From NCBI GenBank assembly GCA_043805415.1, contig JAZDHZ010000035.1, positions 8,557 through 72,556 on the forward strand: a stretch of DNA of 64,000 nucleotides. Direction: 5' to 3'. The notes beneath the pieces are model-generated. The model saw nothing but the letters and a program-made list of their open reading frames with translations, did no database searches and had not been told where the DNA came from. Numbering within the stretch: position 1 is the stretch's first letter; the number at the start of each line of letters is the position of its first letter. Below are positions 56,389-64,000 of this stretch, piece by piece. The DNA comes from Candidatus Omnitrophota bacterium (lineage in GTDB: Bacteria; Omnitrophota; Gorgyraeia; B26-G9). The translations under genes and the position numbers were made by a program.

Positions 56389-58299
56389 TTAAATTGCCTG
56401 TTCAAGTATCCGGCAATTTTCTACTGATAAGCTATGAGTAAGCTTGTCTTGAAATCTATGGTTTGTCGCGGGAAATAAATTAAGTCCCCGCTCTTTAAAA
56501 TATTTATTCAGAAATTCTCTAAAAAGTTTTTTCCGATAACTATCATGCGCCTCATATGGCCGTTTACTAAAAGGAGATTGCCTGAACAACTCCGGATTGC
56601 GGCGGCTTTGTGAGCTAAAATACTCCCATTCCTCATTACTGCCTTCAATCAAAACAAACTCCGGCATATTGTTTTTCTTCAATATAATATTGATTAATGA
56701 TCTGCCGGTATGACCATTATTGTTAAAAAAAGGATGCAGCTCCATCACCAACCGCCAATGCGCCTCCGCGGCCAAATCCACTGGATTCAATTTGTTCGGA
56801 TTATGATTCATAAGCGCGAGGATCTCGTTCATGTTCCGGGAAATCTCATCCTGACTCATTGCCGGGAATATTTTAATAATATCCCCTTGAAGCCCCTCGT
56901 CATTAAGTTTATCTCTCACTCTTACCATCTCAGTCCTGTATTTCCCCGCTTCCTCTAGGGGCAATCCAGCCGCGCGATAATGCAGATAATTAATCCTGCG
57001 AACATCGTGTTCTGATATCAATCTGCCCGGGACCGCAAAGTGATTGATTAACCTTGCGATTTCTTCTTGCAAGGCTGTATCTTTTTCTGAACCCAAGGGC
57101 ATTTTACGGTATTCAATGATCACCGCGACTTGACCCGCGTCTTGATCATCTTCCCGTCCGCCTTCAATGATCCGGACAACTTTAACGTCATTCTTAAGAT
57201 GCAGATTAACTGCCTGGGATAATAATTTCCGGCCGGTGCGTAAGATAAATTTTCCGATAGGCTCACCGCCATAATTTTCCAAAAAATCATTGTAATCGGC
57301 CCACGAAGCTTGCTCAATAGTCAAATTCTTTTCTGACAAAAGCTGGCGAAAAGTAATTCCTTGTTTACCAGGCTTGTCAAAATAAGCTTCTCTGTCTTGA
57401 CTCATTTCTTTTTCATAACTCTTTTTCGTAACAACCTTAGGAAACAGCGCAAGGGCATAATCCGCGTACGCGTAGGGCTGCTTTTGCTTATTCCTCAAGC
57501 TTCGTGAAGCGTCTAATTGCAAAAGATAGCTTAACGGCGACATCTTATTCTGGTACTCCCCATATCCGCTAAGCGGAGTAAGCGTATAACGCCCCATGCC
57601 TTTGGTTAAAGATTCCGTGGCTTTAAGCAATTCAGTGGCAATGTAAGGACGTAATCTCAATTGCTTGTATTTTTCTTCCTGCACAGCCACCGCATAATGA
57701 ATCCAGCAGTTGTCTTTATATCCGCCGCTATTCCGGGGAATACTCATCAGCTGCTGCAAAGAAGCTGGAATAGCCTCGGCATTTTCCGCGTAAACCGAAG
57801 CGCACCAGACCACACCGATGATCTTTTTATCCGGATCATTCATATCCCGGGCAACCAGATGTCCCTTGGGATTATTGTCAAAAATCATTCGCGCTTTATC
57901 TGGTTTTAATTCAAATTTCGCGCCCCAGATTTCATTATGAACCTTAACTGCCTGCTCAAGATCATCTTGTTTTAAGCTCTCGATTTTAAATTTATGTCCT
58001 TTAATCGTCACTTCCTTTTCTACCGAAAGAACCTCGCTCAAACCGCTAAATTCAGGAGCAGGCAGTTTCCCTGGATGTGAAAGCTGCTTATATGCGTCCT
58101 GAAATAATCCATTGTTAACCAAAACCTGCGGGCTTAGACACTCTATTTGTTTTTTCTCAAGCGTGAGGCTGGCGCTAAAACCAAAGGCCTGCGCGCTGAA
58201 TATCTGTGCCAATACCAGAGCGATCATTTTCAGGAGTATTTTATTTGTACTCATATTATTCTCTTGCCCCTTGCTTATGCCAAAAAATAAGCATAGCAT
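56389..58299 (-). CDS. Signal-peptide protein with divergent Fic/Doc-like C-terminal domain
   Basis: 636 aa (alternative start at Met16, 58254, gives signal peptide MSTNKILLKMIALVLAQIFSAQA|FGF); Fic-like core AAEAHWRLVMELHPFFNNNGHTGRSLINIIL (compare HPFx[DE]GNGR). Confidence 0.4.
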   Translation of the reverse strand: MLCLFFGISKGQENNMSTNKILLKMIALVLAQIFSAQAFGFSASLTLEKKQIECLSPQVLVNNGLFQDAYKQLSHPGKLPAPEFSGLSEVLSVEKEVTIKGHKFKIESLKQDDLEQAVKVHNEIWGAKFELKPDKARMIFDNNPKGHLVARDMNDPDKKIIGVVWCASVYAENAEAIPASLQQLMSIPRNSGGYKDNCWIHYAVAVQEEKYKQLRLRPYIATELLKATESLTKGMGRYTLTPLSGYGEYQNKMSPLSYLLQLDASRSLRNKQKQPYAYADYALALFPKVVTKKSYEKEMSQDREAYFDKPGKQGITFRQLLSEKNLTIEQASWADYNDFLENYGGEPIGKFILRTGRKLLSQAVNLHLKNDVKVVRIIEGGREDDQDAGQVAVIIEYRKMPLGSEKDTALQEEIARLINHFAVPGRLISEHDVRRINYLHYRAAGLPLEEAGKYRTEMVRVRDKLNDEGLQGDIIKIFPAMSQDEISRNMNEILALMNHNPNKLNPVDLAAEAHWRLVMELHPFFNNNGHTGRSLINIILKKNNMPEFVLIEGSNEEWEYFSSQSRRNPELFRQSPFSKRPYEAHDSYRKKLFREFLNKYFKERGLNLFPATNHRFQDKLTHSLSVENCRILEQAI

Positions 58300-58678
58300 C
58301 GCCTAGATTAAGAAAAACAAAATTTTTTATTCACAACTTCTTTATTTATATATATTTAAGCCTACTTAGCCATTGAAATGATGTTAAAGTATACCACAAG
58401 ATATGACTCTCTGCAAACCTCGGGAAATAGGCAAGTTAAGCGCTATTTTTAAACATGTAATAAGCGGAAATTTTTTGCGAATTAAGTTTTTTTATCTATG
58501 TGAAATTAAATGGCAGAAAGGCAGGGATTGTTCAAAGCTATTTTTCGCAACTACCTGATACCCGAAAATCGCGGACTAAATCTTTACTTTTCAAGGAATT
58601 ATTGTTTATCCAGGATTATACAATGTATTCACTTTGGATGGGCACGGTTTGAGCATTAGAAAGAATATTTCTTGAGGT

Positions 58679-59071
58679 TCAAGCCTTTTGCTTTTTTTCA
58701 GCTAAAGCATCATTAATTACTGTAACAAGTTCTCTGGGTAGAAACGGTTTCTCAAGATAAATCGCGCTTCCTCCTGCTTTTACAAAATTTGACTTTATCT
58801 TTTCCAGATCTTTTCCAATATAACCTGTCATCAGAATTAATATCGCCTCAGGCAATTCTCTTTTTATCATTTTACACAGTTTAACCCCATCAATATTATC
58901 CAGCAGCAGGTCAATAAACACAATATCGTATTTTTTATTTTTTACCATTTTAAGCGCTGTCTCATATTCTAAAACTATGTCACTTTCATAGCCCATTTCA
59001 GCCAACTCAAATCTGATGGCAACGCATACAATCTTAACATCATCTATAATCAATACTTTATTTTTTTCCAT
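58679..59071 (-). CDS. Stand-alone response-regulator receiver (CheY-like)
   Basis: 130 aa; VLIIDD...VFIDLLLDNIDG. Confidence 0.8.
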   Translation of the reverse strand: MEKNKVLIIDDVKIVCVAIRFELAEMGYESDIVLEYETALKMVKNKKYDIVFIDLLLDNIDGVKLCKMIKRELPEAILILMTGYIGKDLEKIKSNFVKAGGSAIYLEKPFLPRELVTVINDALAEKKQKA

Positions 59072-59078
59072 AGCCCCC

Positions 59079-62000
59079 CTAACTTAGAGACGGAAATATC
59101 ACACTAAACTTTGTGCCTTTGTTTTCTTTGGTTTCTACTGAGATTGTCCCATTGTAGGCGTTAACTAGGGACTTAACTATCGCTAAACCAAGACCTGAAC
59201 CTTTTTTCTTTGTTGTAAAAAAAGGTTCAAATATTTTCGCGATTTTTTCCCGCGGAATACCTTCACCATTATCTATAACCGCAATCTTTATTTTATCGCA
59301 ATTTTTGATATTACTCGTTCTTATTATAAGTTTTCCGTTCTTGGACATACTATCACAAGCATTGCTGACCAGGTTAAGCACAATGTGCTGCAGCCCGCTT
59401 TTATGTCCGGATATATTATGGATATTTTCATCAAAATCTTTGATTATTTTTATTTTCTTTTCCTGTATCTTAGCATACGCGAACTTTAATACATTTTCTA
59501 TTTCTTTATTTACATTAAACTGCTCAATCCGTTCTTTTTTCGGCTTTGCGAAAAAGCTTAAATCACGGATGATCTCCGACATGTACAGACATGCCTCTTT
59601 CATATCATTGAAATTTTCAGCATCTTCAGTCCCCTTCTCTGCTTTTTTCGCGTAAGTATTCACCATCAGCATCAAGCCTGCCAAAGGACTGTTTAGTTCA
59701 TGGGCAACTCCGGCAGCAATAAGTCCCAAGGCCGATATTTTCTCACCCTGGACAAGCCTTTCCTGGAGCATCTTGGTAATATCACGTTCCGTCATGGAAA
59801 TCGCCACAGACCGGCCCCGGTTATCTTTAAGCGCGGTAATTGTCACTCCCACATCTATCAATACGCCGGTTTTTACAATCCGCTTTGTTTCAAAAGAATC
59901 AATTACTTGCCCGTTTTTTATTTTTCGGATAAGCGCCTTTTCTTTTTTTATATTCTCTTTAGGAATAAGATTAAATATAGTCATGGACAGTGCTTCCCTC
60001 TCTGTCCAGCCATAAATCTTTTCCGCGCCTTTATTCCAGGCAGTAATCTTTCCCGCGAAATCAACAATCAAAATCGAATCATTTGAATCACGAATTATCG
60101 TAGCCAGACGCTCCAGTTCCGCGGTACGTCTTACAGTATCAATATCAATTAAGGTTATAACCGCGCCTTCAATCTTGTGTTCCGCGGTCTTATAAGGCCT
60201 TATTTGAATTAAATGCCAGCGGCCTTCTTTATCCTGAATTTCGCGCTCTTGGATTTTTAAATTATCAACTACATCGATTATCATTTTTTCCAAGTCAGAA
60301 ATTTCCAGTTTGGGTTTTATGTCTGTGATCAGCCTGCCGATATCCCGGGGAATCAAGCTCAAGAACTTTTCTGCCATAGGGTTAAATCTGCGGATACACA
60401 GATCTCTTCCCACCATGATAATCGGAATATTTATACAATTAAGCAGATTAAGGATATCATTATTAACTATATTTAATTCCGCGTTGCGATTATTAATTTC
60501 CTCGTTCATTGTTTTTAATTCTTCATTCGTTGACTGTAATTCTTCTTTAGCGGTTTGGAGCTCTTCATTGGTACTGTGCAATTCTTCATTACTCGACTGC
60601 AGCTCTTCTAAAGATGATTTTAACTCTTCGGAAGTAGCTTCAGCTCTTTCAATCACAGTTTGCGTGTATTCTTTGTTTTTTTTCAATGATTCCCTTAAAA
60701 CTATAATTTCTTCATTTTTCGCGTCATTGTTACCCTTGCTGCTTATTTTTCTAACTGCTTTAAGCTCCATGCTTTTTTTATTCTTAGCCAGCTCAGCATC
60801 TTTAAACACTATCAGCAAATAATCGCTGTTTTCATCTTTGCCTTTGACTGGGATAGCTTCAATATCCACACATTTAATTTCAGCATTGCAGAGAAATTGT
60901 ATTTTCTTTATCGAAGTTTTTTGTTTTTTCTTAAATGCCTTTAAAATAAGCGCTCGCAAATCAGCAACAAGTTCTTCACGGATGATCTGTAATATATTCA
61001 GCGTTGCTCTTCCGCTCTTGTGCTGAATACACCACGACACATCACCCCAGCACTGCAGCAGTTCCATGTCAGAATTTATCAGAATAGAGGTACTCACAAA
61101 TCTGTTTAAAAGAATCCGGGAAACTTCCGGAAGCAGATTATCCTCAAACGCGGTTTTATTCACCGGCAATAGCGTATACACGCTCTCTTCCTGAGACAAA
61201 TCTTGACGCGGAACATAGAAGTTTGGCGCTAAATACGCGTCCGCGGTTTTTTTAAAAAATAATTTATGTTTTTTGTCAGCAGAAGCAAAAAGATTTGTAA
61301 AAACCCCGATTCCTTCAGCATCACTTAGGAGCAGCATGCCGCCTGGCTTCAAAGCATAATGGAGCATAGGGATAACTATTTTTTGCAAAGAATTTCCTAA
61401 ATAAATTAAAACATTGCGGCAGCTGATTAAATCCATATTGCAAAATGGCGGATCTCGCGTAATATCATGCCTGGCAAACACGCACATATCCCTGATAAAT
61501 CTTGTTATTTTAAACCCTTCTTCGGTTTTAATAAAATATTGCCGCAGCCTATGCTCTGAAACATCTGCTTTAATATTCTCGCCATATATTCCCCTCCGGG
61601 CATGGGCTAAAGCTTTTTCGCTTATATCTGTGCCGAAAATCTGAATATGCGGCAAAACATTTTTAATTTTACAAACCTCCGCCATTTGAATAGCAATAGA
61701 ATACGCTTCTTCTCCGCTAGCAACCCCGGGAACCCATATTCTAATCGGGTTTTTGGAAGATTTATGTTTTAATATTAAAGGAAAGATTTTTTCCCGCAAT
61801 AAAGCAAAAACCGCGGGATCACGAAAAAAACTTGTTACATTAATCAGCACATCAGCATACAGTTCTTTTAGCTCAAGCTTATTATGTTTTATATAATCCA
61901 GATATTGATTAACTGTATCTAGTTTAAGCAGAATCATCCGGCGCTCAATCCTGCGGATTAAAGTGGGTTTTTTGTAATTAGGAAAATCAACCTCTGAATA

Positions 62001-62765
62001 TTGTTTTAATAACTCAAGAATCACCTTTAGAGGTTCTTCTGTTATCAAATCAATTTTGGTTAATGATTTTTTCCGGGTCTCAGCAAAACCATGGGAAAAT
62101 TTAGAGATTTCCACACATTTTTTCGCTATTTCGTCAGGGCTGCTGATTAAATCCACATTTCCGCTGATAATCGCGTTATGCGGCATATCCGGATATTGCG
62201 CGGTATGCTCATTCTGAGCAAAGGTTATCCCGCCCAAAGCCTTAATTTCTCCTAAACCAACCACCCCGTCTGAACCAGTACCGGATAAAATTATACCCAC
62301 AACCTTATTCTCATAAGCTTGGGCTAAAACTTTAAAAAAAGCATCTATCGGGTGATGCGGCTTACTTTCTGCCTCTAGTTTAGTTAGCTTAAATTCTCCT
62401 TTAAGGACTTTCACCGTCCTGTCAGGCGGAAGAATATAAACATGGTTAGCTAATAAGCCCTGCTTATTTTTGGCAAAACAGACTGGCATTGTAGTATTCC
62501 GCGCTAAGATTTCATCCAATAAACTGCCGCGCGAAGCTTCCATATGCTGGATAATAATAATACTTGCGCCCATATCAGTAGGAAGGTTTTTAAGCAAAGC
62601 AATGATCGCCTCCAGCCCTCCGGCAGAAGCACCCACTCCGATTACGCTTATATTTTTGTTTAGGCAGGGAATATCAGGTGTTTTAGTAGTTAAAGATTTT
62701 GCTTTAAAAATGGGCAATGATTTCTTTTGGCAGCTCTTAGAAAAAGATTTGATGTTTTTTTTCAT
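59079..62765 (-). CDS. CheB methylesterase + CheR methyltransferase + PAS + histidine kinase fusion protein
   Basis: 1228 aa; CheB catalytic domain (VIGVGASAGGLEAIIALL, IIIQHM); CheR SAM-binding domain (IRIWVPGVASGEEAYSIAI); heptad coiled-coil; PAS; HisKA (GVAHELNSPLAGL); HATPase_c (DNGEGIP, GSGLGLAIV). Confidence 0.85.
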   Translation of the reverse strand: MKKNIKSFSKSCQKKSLPIFKAKSLTTKTPDIPCLNKNISVIGVGASAGGLEAIIALLKNLPTDMGASIIIIQHMEASRGSLLDEILARNTTMPVCFAKNKQGLLANHVYILPPDRTVKVLKGEFKLTKLEAESKPHHPIDAFFKVLAQAYENKVVGIILSGTGSDGVVGLGEIKALGGITFAQNEHTAQYPDMPHNAIISGNVDLISSPDEIAKKCVEISKFSHGFAETRKKSLTKIDLITEEPLKVILELLKQYSEVDFPNYKKPTLIRRIERRMILLKLDTVNQYLDYIKHNKLELKELYADVLINVTSFFRDPAVFALLREKIFPLILKHKSSKNPIRIWVPGVASGEEAYSIAIQMAEVCKIKNVLPHIQIFGTDISEKALAHARRGIYGENIKADVSEHRLRQYFIKTEEGFKITRFIRDMCVFARHDITRDPPFCNMDLISCRNVLIYLGNSLQKIVIPMLHYALKPGGMLLLSDAEGIGVFTNLFASADKKHKLFFKKTADAYLAPNFYVPRQDLSQEESVYTLLPVNKTAFEDNLLPEVSRILLNRFVSTSILINSDMELLQCWGDVSWCIQHKSGRATLNILQIIREELVADLRALILKAFKKKQKTSIKKIQFLCNAEIKCVDIEAIPVKGKDENSDYLLIVFKDAELAKNKKSMELKAVRKISSKGNNDAKNEEIIVLRESLKKNKEYTQTVIERAEATSEELKSSLEELQSSNEELHSTNEELQTAKEELQSTNEELKTMNEEINNRNAELNIVNNDILNLLNCINIPIIMVGRDLCIRRFNPMAEKFLSLIPRDIGRLITDIKPKLEISDLEKMIIDVVDNLKIQEREIQDKEGRWHLIQIRPYKTAEHKIEGAVITLIDIDTVRRTAELERLATIIRDSNDSILIVDFAGKITAWNKGAEKIYGWTEREALSMTIFNLIPKENIKKEKALIRKIKNGQVIDSFETKRIVKTGVLIDVGVTITALKDNRGRSVAISMTERDITKMLQERLVQGEKISALGLIAAGVAHELNSPLAGLMLMVNTYAKKAEKGTEDAENFNDMKEACLYMSEIIRDLSFFAKPKKERIEQFNVNKEIENVLKFAYAKIQEKKIKIIKDFDENIHNISGHKSGLQHIVLNLVSNACDSMSKNGKLIIRTSNIKNCDKIKIAVIDNGEGIPREKIAKIFEPFFTTKKKGSGLGLAIVKSLVNAYNGTISVETKENKGTKFSVIFPSLS

Positions 62766-62824
62766 AACTTAAAACCCCTTAAAAGTAGAAGGTGGTTTAT
62801 ATTACTTATTTATCTGAATTTTTA

Positions 62825-62864
62825 GTTTGTTTGTTTGTTTGTTTGTTTGTTTGTTTGTTTGTTT
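62825..62864. repeat. (GTTT)10 tetranucleotide microsatellite
   Basis: Ten perfect GTTT units, 60-100 nt upstream of the CheB-CheR-HK start codon; reads (AAAC)10 on the gene strand. Confidence 0.95.
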
Positions 62865-63095
62865 ATTGATTCATTATCCTGCTGAATGTTTTTATTTGCA
62901 AGAATTTTTAAAAATGCAAAAAGCAAAGCAGCAGGAATTCGTTCTGGTCATTTATCATGACTATTTGTTATGCGCGCATTACAATATAAGTAGTTTATTA
63001 TTCATAAGTTAGCGCTTATCCGGTTTCATCCAAGATCTTACAAGTTTATATACTGTATTTCCTTTAGATTTAGCCTAATGAAAATCATTACCTTT

Positions 63096-63635
63096 TCACT
63101 TTAAATAACCATGCTGTAATTCAGCTTTTAAACCCTCATATACATTGAACACGATTGGGCAAATTGAATAATTTTCGAGTACTTTCTTTAATCTTAAACT
63201 AAAATCTTTTTTTTCTAAATTCGGATAAGCCTTGCACCCAGCTGGGCGAGATAAATACTGCGAACACTTATTCTTTTTTAAAAGCGGACAAGGACTTATT
63301 TTAAACATAAAGCCATTTTCTTTTTTATCTTTTATTAAGTAATTTTTTATACTTTTCTCTGCTTGACCCACCCAAACTTTAGAAAGTTTTTCAATGTCCT
63401 TTTTTCTTAAGACCGGGTCCATGAGTTTGCAGCAATTACCGCAGGCCGTACAATCTATCTCTGGAGCTATTTGTTTATAAAGCCTGTGCGCGATTTTATC
63501 TATTTTCTGAGGATACTGGCTAGCTTGTAAAAAAACACGGAATTTCCTGTTCTCCGCGGCTTTATCTCTTGCCAATTGCGTAATTTTATTTAAATCAGTC
63601 TCAAATTTTTTCATACTTCTCCTGCTTAAAATCAT
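63096..63635 (-). CDS. YkgJ-family Cys-cluster protein (second paralog)
   Basis: 179 aa; IDCTACGNCCKL (CxxCxxCC) and further Cys (CPLLKKNKC; CKAYP). Confidence 0.5.
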   Translation of the reverse strand: MILSRRSMKKFETDLNKITQLARDKAAENRKFRVFLQASQYPQKIDKIAHRLYKQIAPEIDCTACGNCCKLMDPVLRKKDIEKLSKVWVGQAEKSIKNYLIKDKKENGFMFKISPCPLLKKNKCSQYLSRPAGCKAYPNLEKKDFSLRLKKVLENYSICPIVFNVYEGLKAELQHGYLK

Positions 63636-64000
63636 TAAATCATCAGCTCAATTAAGAATACAGTATTTTACCAATTTATACAAGGAATTACCTGTGATAA
63701 GCGCTGTTTTTTTAAGCAAGAAGAATCAGGAATATAAATTCTGGAATCATGCGCGGGTTAATGATACAATAAATGGATTATCCGGCATAATTAAATATTA
63801 TTTTAAGAATAAAATCAAGATCAGTATATATTATCCACCCAGCACGGCTTAAAAAATAGCCTGGAAATATTTTATTCTATTTATGATGAATTTTATTGTT
63901 CCCAAAAAAACTTTTTTTTTTCTCATGCATTGCTCTGCTGCTTTGGGGGATGACAAGCCAAGCCGCGCCCCTGAAGCCCACTCGGTTTAAGGATGTGGTG

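Noticed and set aside
62827-63012. 61-aa ORF beginning MFVCLFVCLFVCL
   Set aside because: Translation is simply the (GTTT)10 microsatellite read in-frame; not a gene.
1-64000. tRNA, rRNA, transposase, integrase and phage genes
   Set aside because: Scanned intergenic regions for tRNA T-loop/acceptor patterns and ORFs for DDE/tyrosine-recombinase motifs; none found by eye. A tRNAscan/Infernal run would be needed to be certain about small RNAs.

Overview
This is an AT-rich bacterial chromosomal window with very dense coding, almost all on the minus strand. The organism is Gram-negative-type: it has TolC, TonB, a BtuB-like receptor, an outer-membrane porin and an RND efflux system. I found no rRNA, tRNA, CRISPR array, transposase or integrase by eye. 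Identifiable content, low to high coordinates: (1) a tandemly duplicated cation:proton antiporter + CBS-pair cassette; (2) a U32 peptidase / YchF-C (DUF933) / YkgJ Cys-cluster operon; (3) a pabB-pabC fusion preceded by a promoter, a short leader and an intrinsic terminator; (4) a complete cobalamin-riboswitch-controlled btuF-btuC-btuD-cobO ... btuB-tonB uptake locus, with thyX, a B12-binding radical SAM and an SPL-like radical SAM nearby; (5) c-di-GMP proteins: PilZ, PAS-GAF-GGDEF-HD-GYP; (6) a second, tandem-domain ThyX-like gene; (7) an MCP co-transcribed with two orphan solute-binding proteins next to a porin; (8) a 1309-aa multi-PAS/PocR histidine kinase followed by three stand-alone receivers and a MEDS-domain protein; (9) a small cluster containing a LysW-like zinc-ribbon protein and an ArsR regulator; (10) TetR-TolC-adaptor-RND efflux; (11) two adjacent signal-peptide proteins with unusual domain content (HD-GYP fused to a CDA-fold deaminase; a divergent Fic/Doc-like protein); (12) a CheB-CheR-PAS-histidine-kinase fusion with a receiver, preceded by a (GTTT)10 microsatellite. 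The most unusual things are: the periplasmic-predicted HD-GYP::deaminase fusion with its secreted Fic-like neighbour; a family of dispersed intergenic repeats, including a ~97-bp promoter+hairpin cassette present twice; the btu leader with a duplicated GGA-loop palindrome; and simple-sequence tracts upstream of a chemosensory kinase and a porin. All calls come from reading the translations and sequence by eye. No database searches were run.
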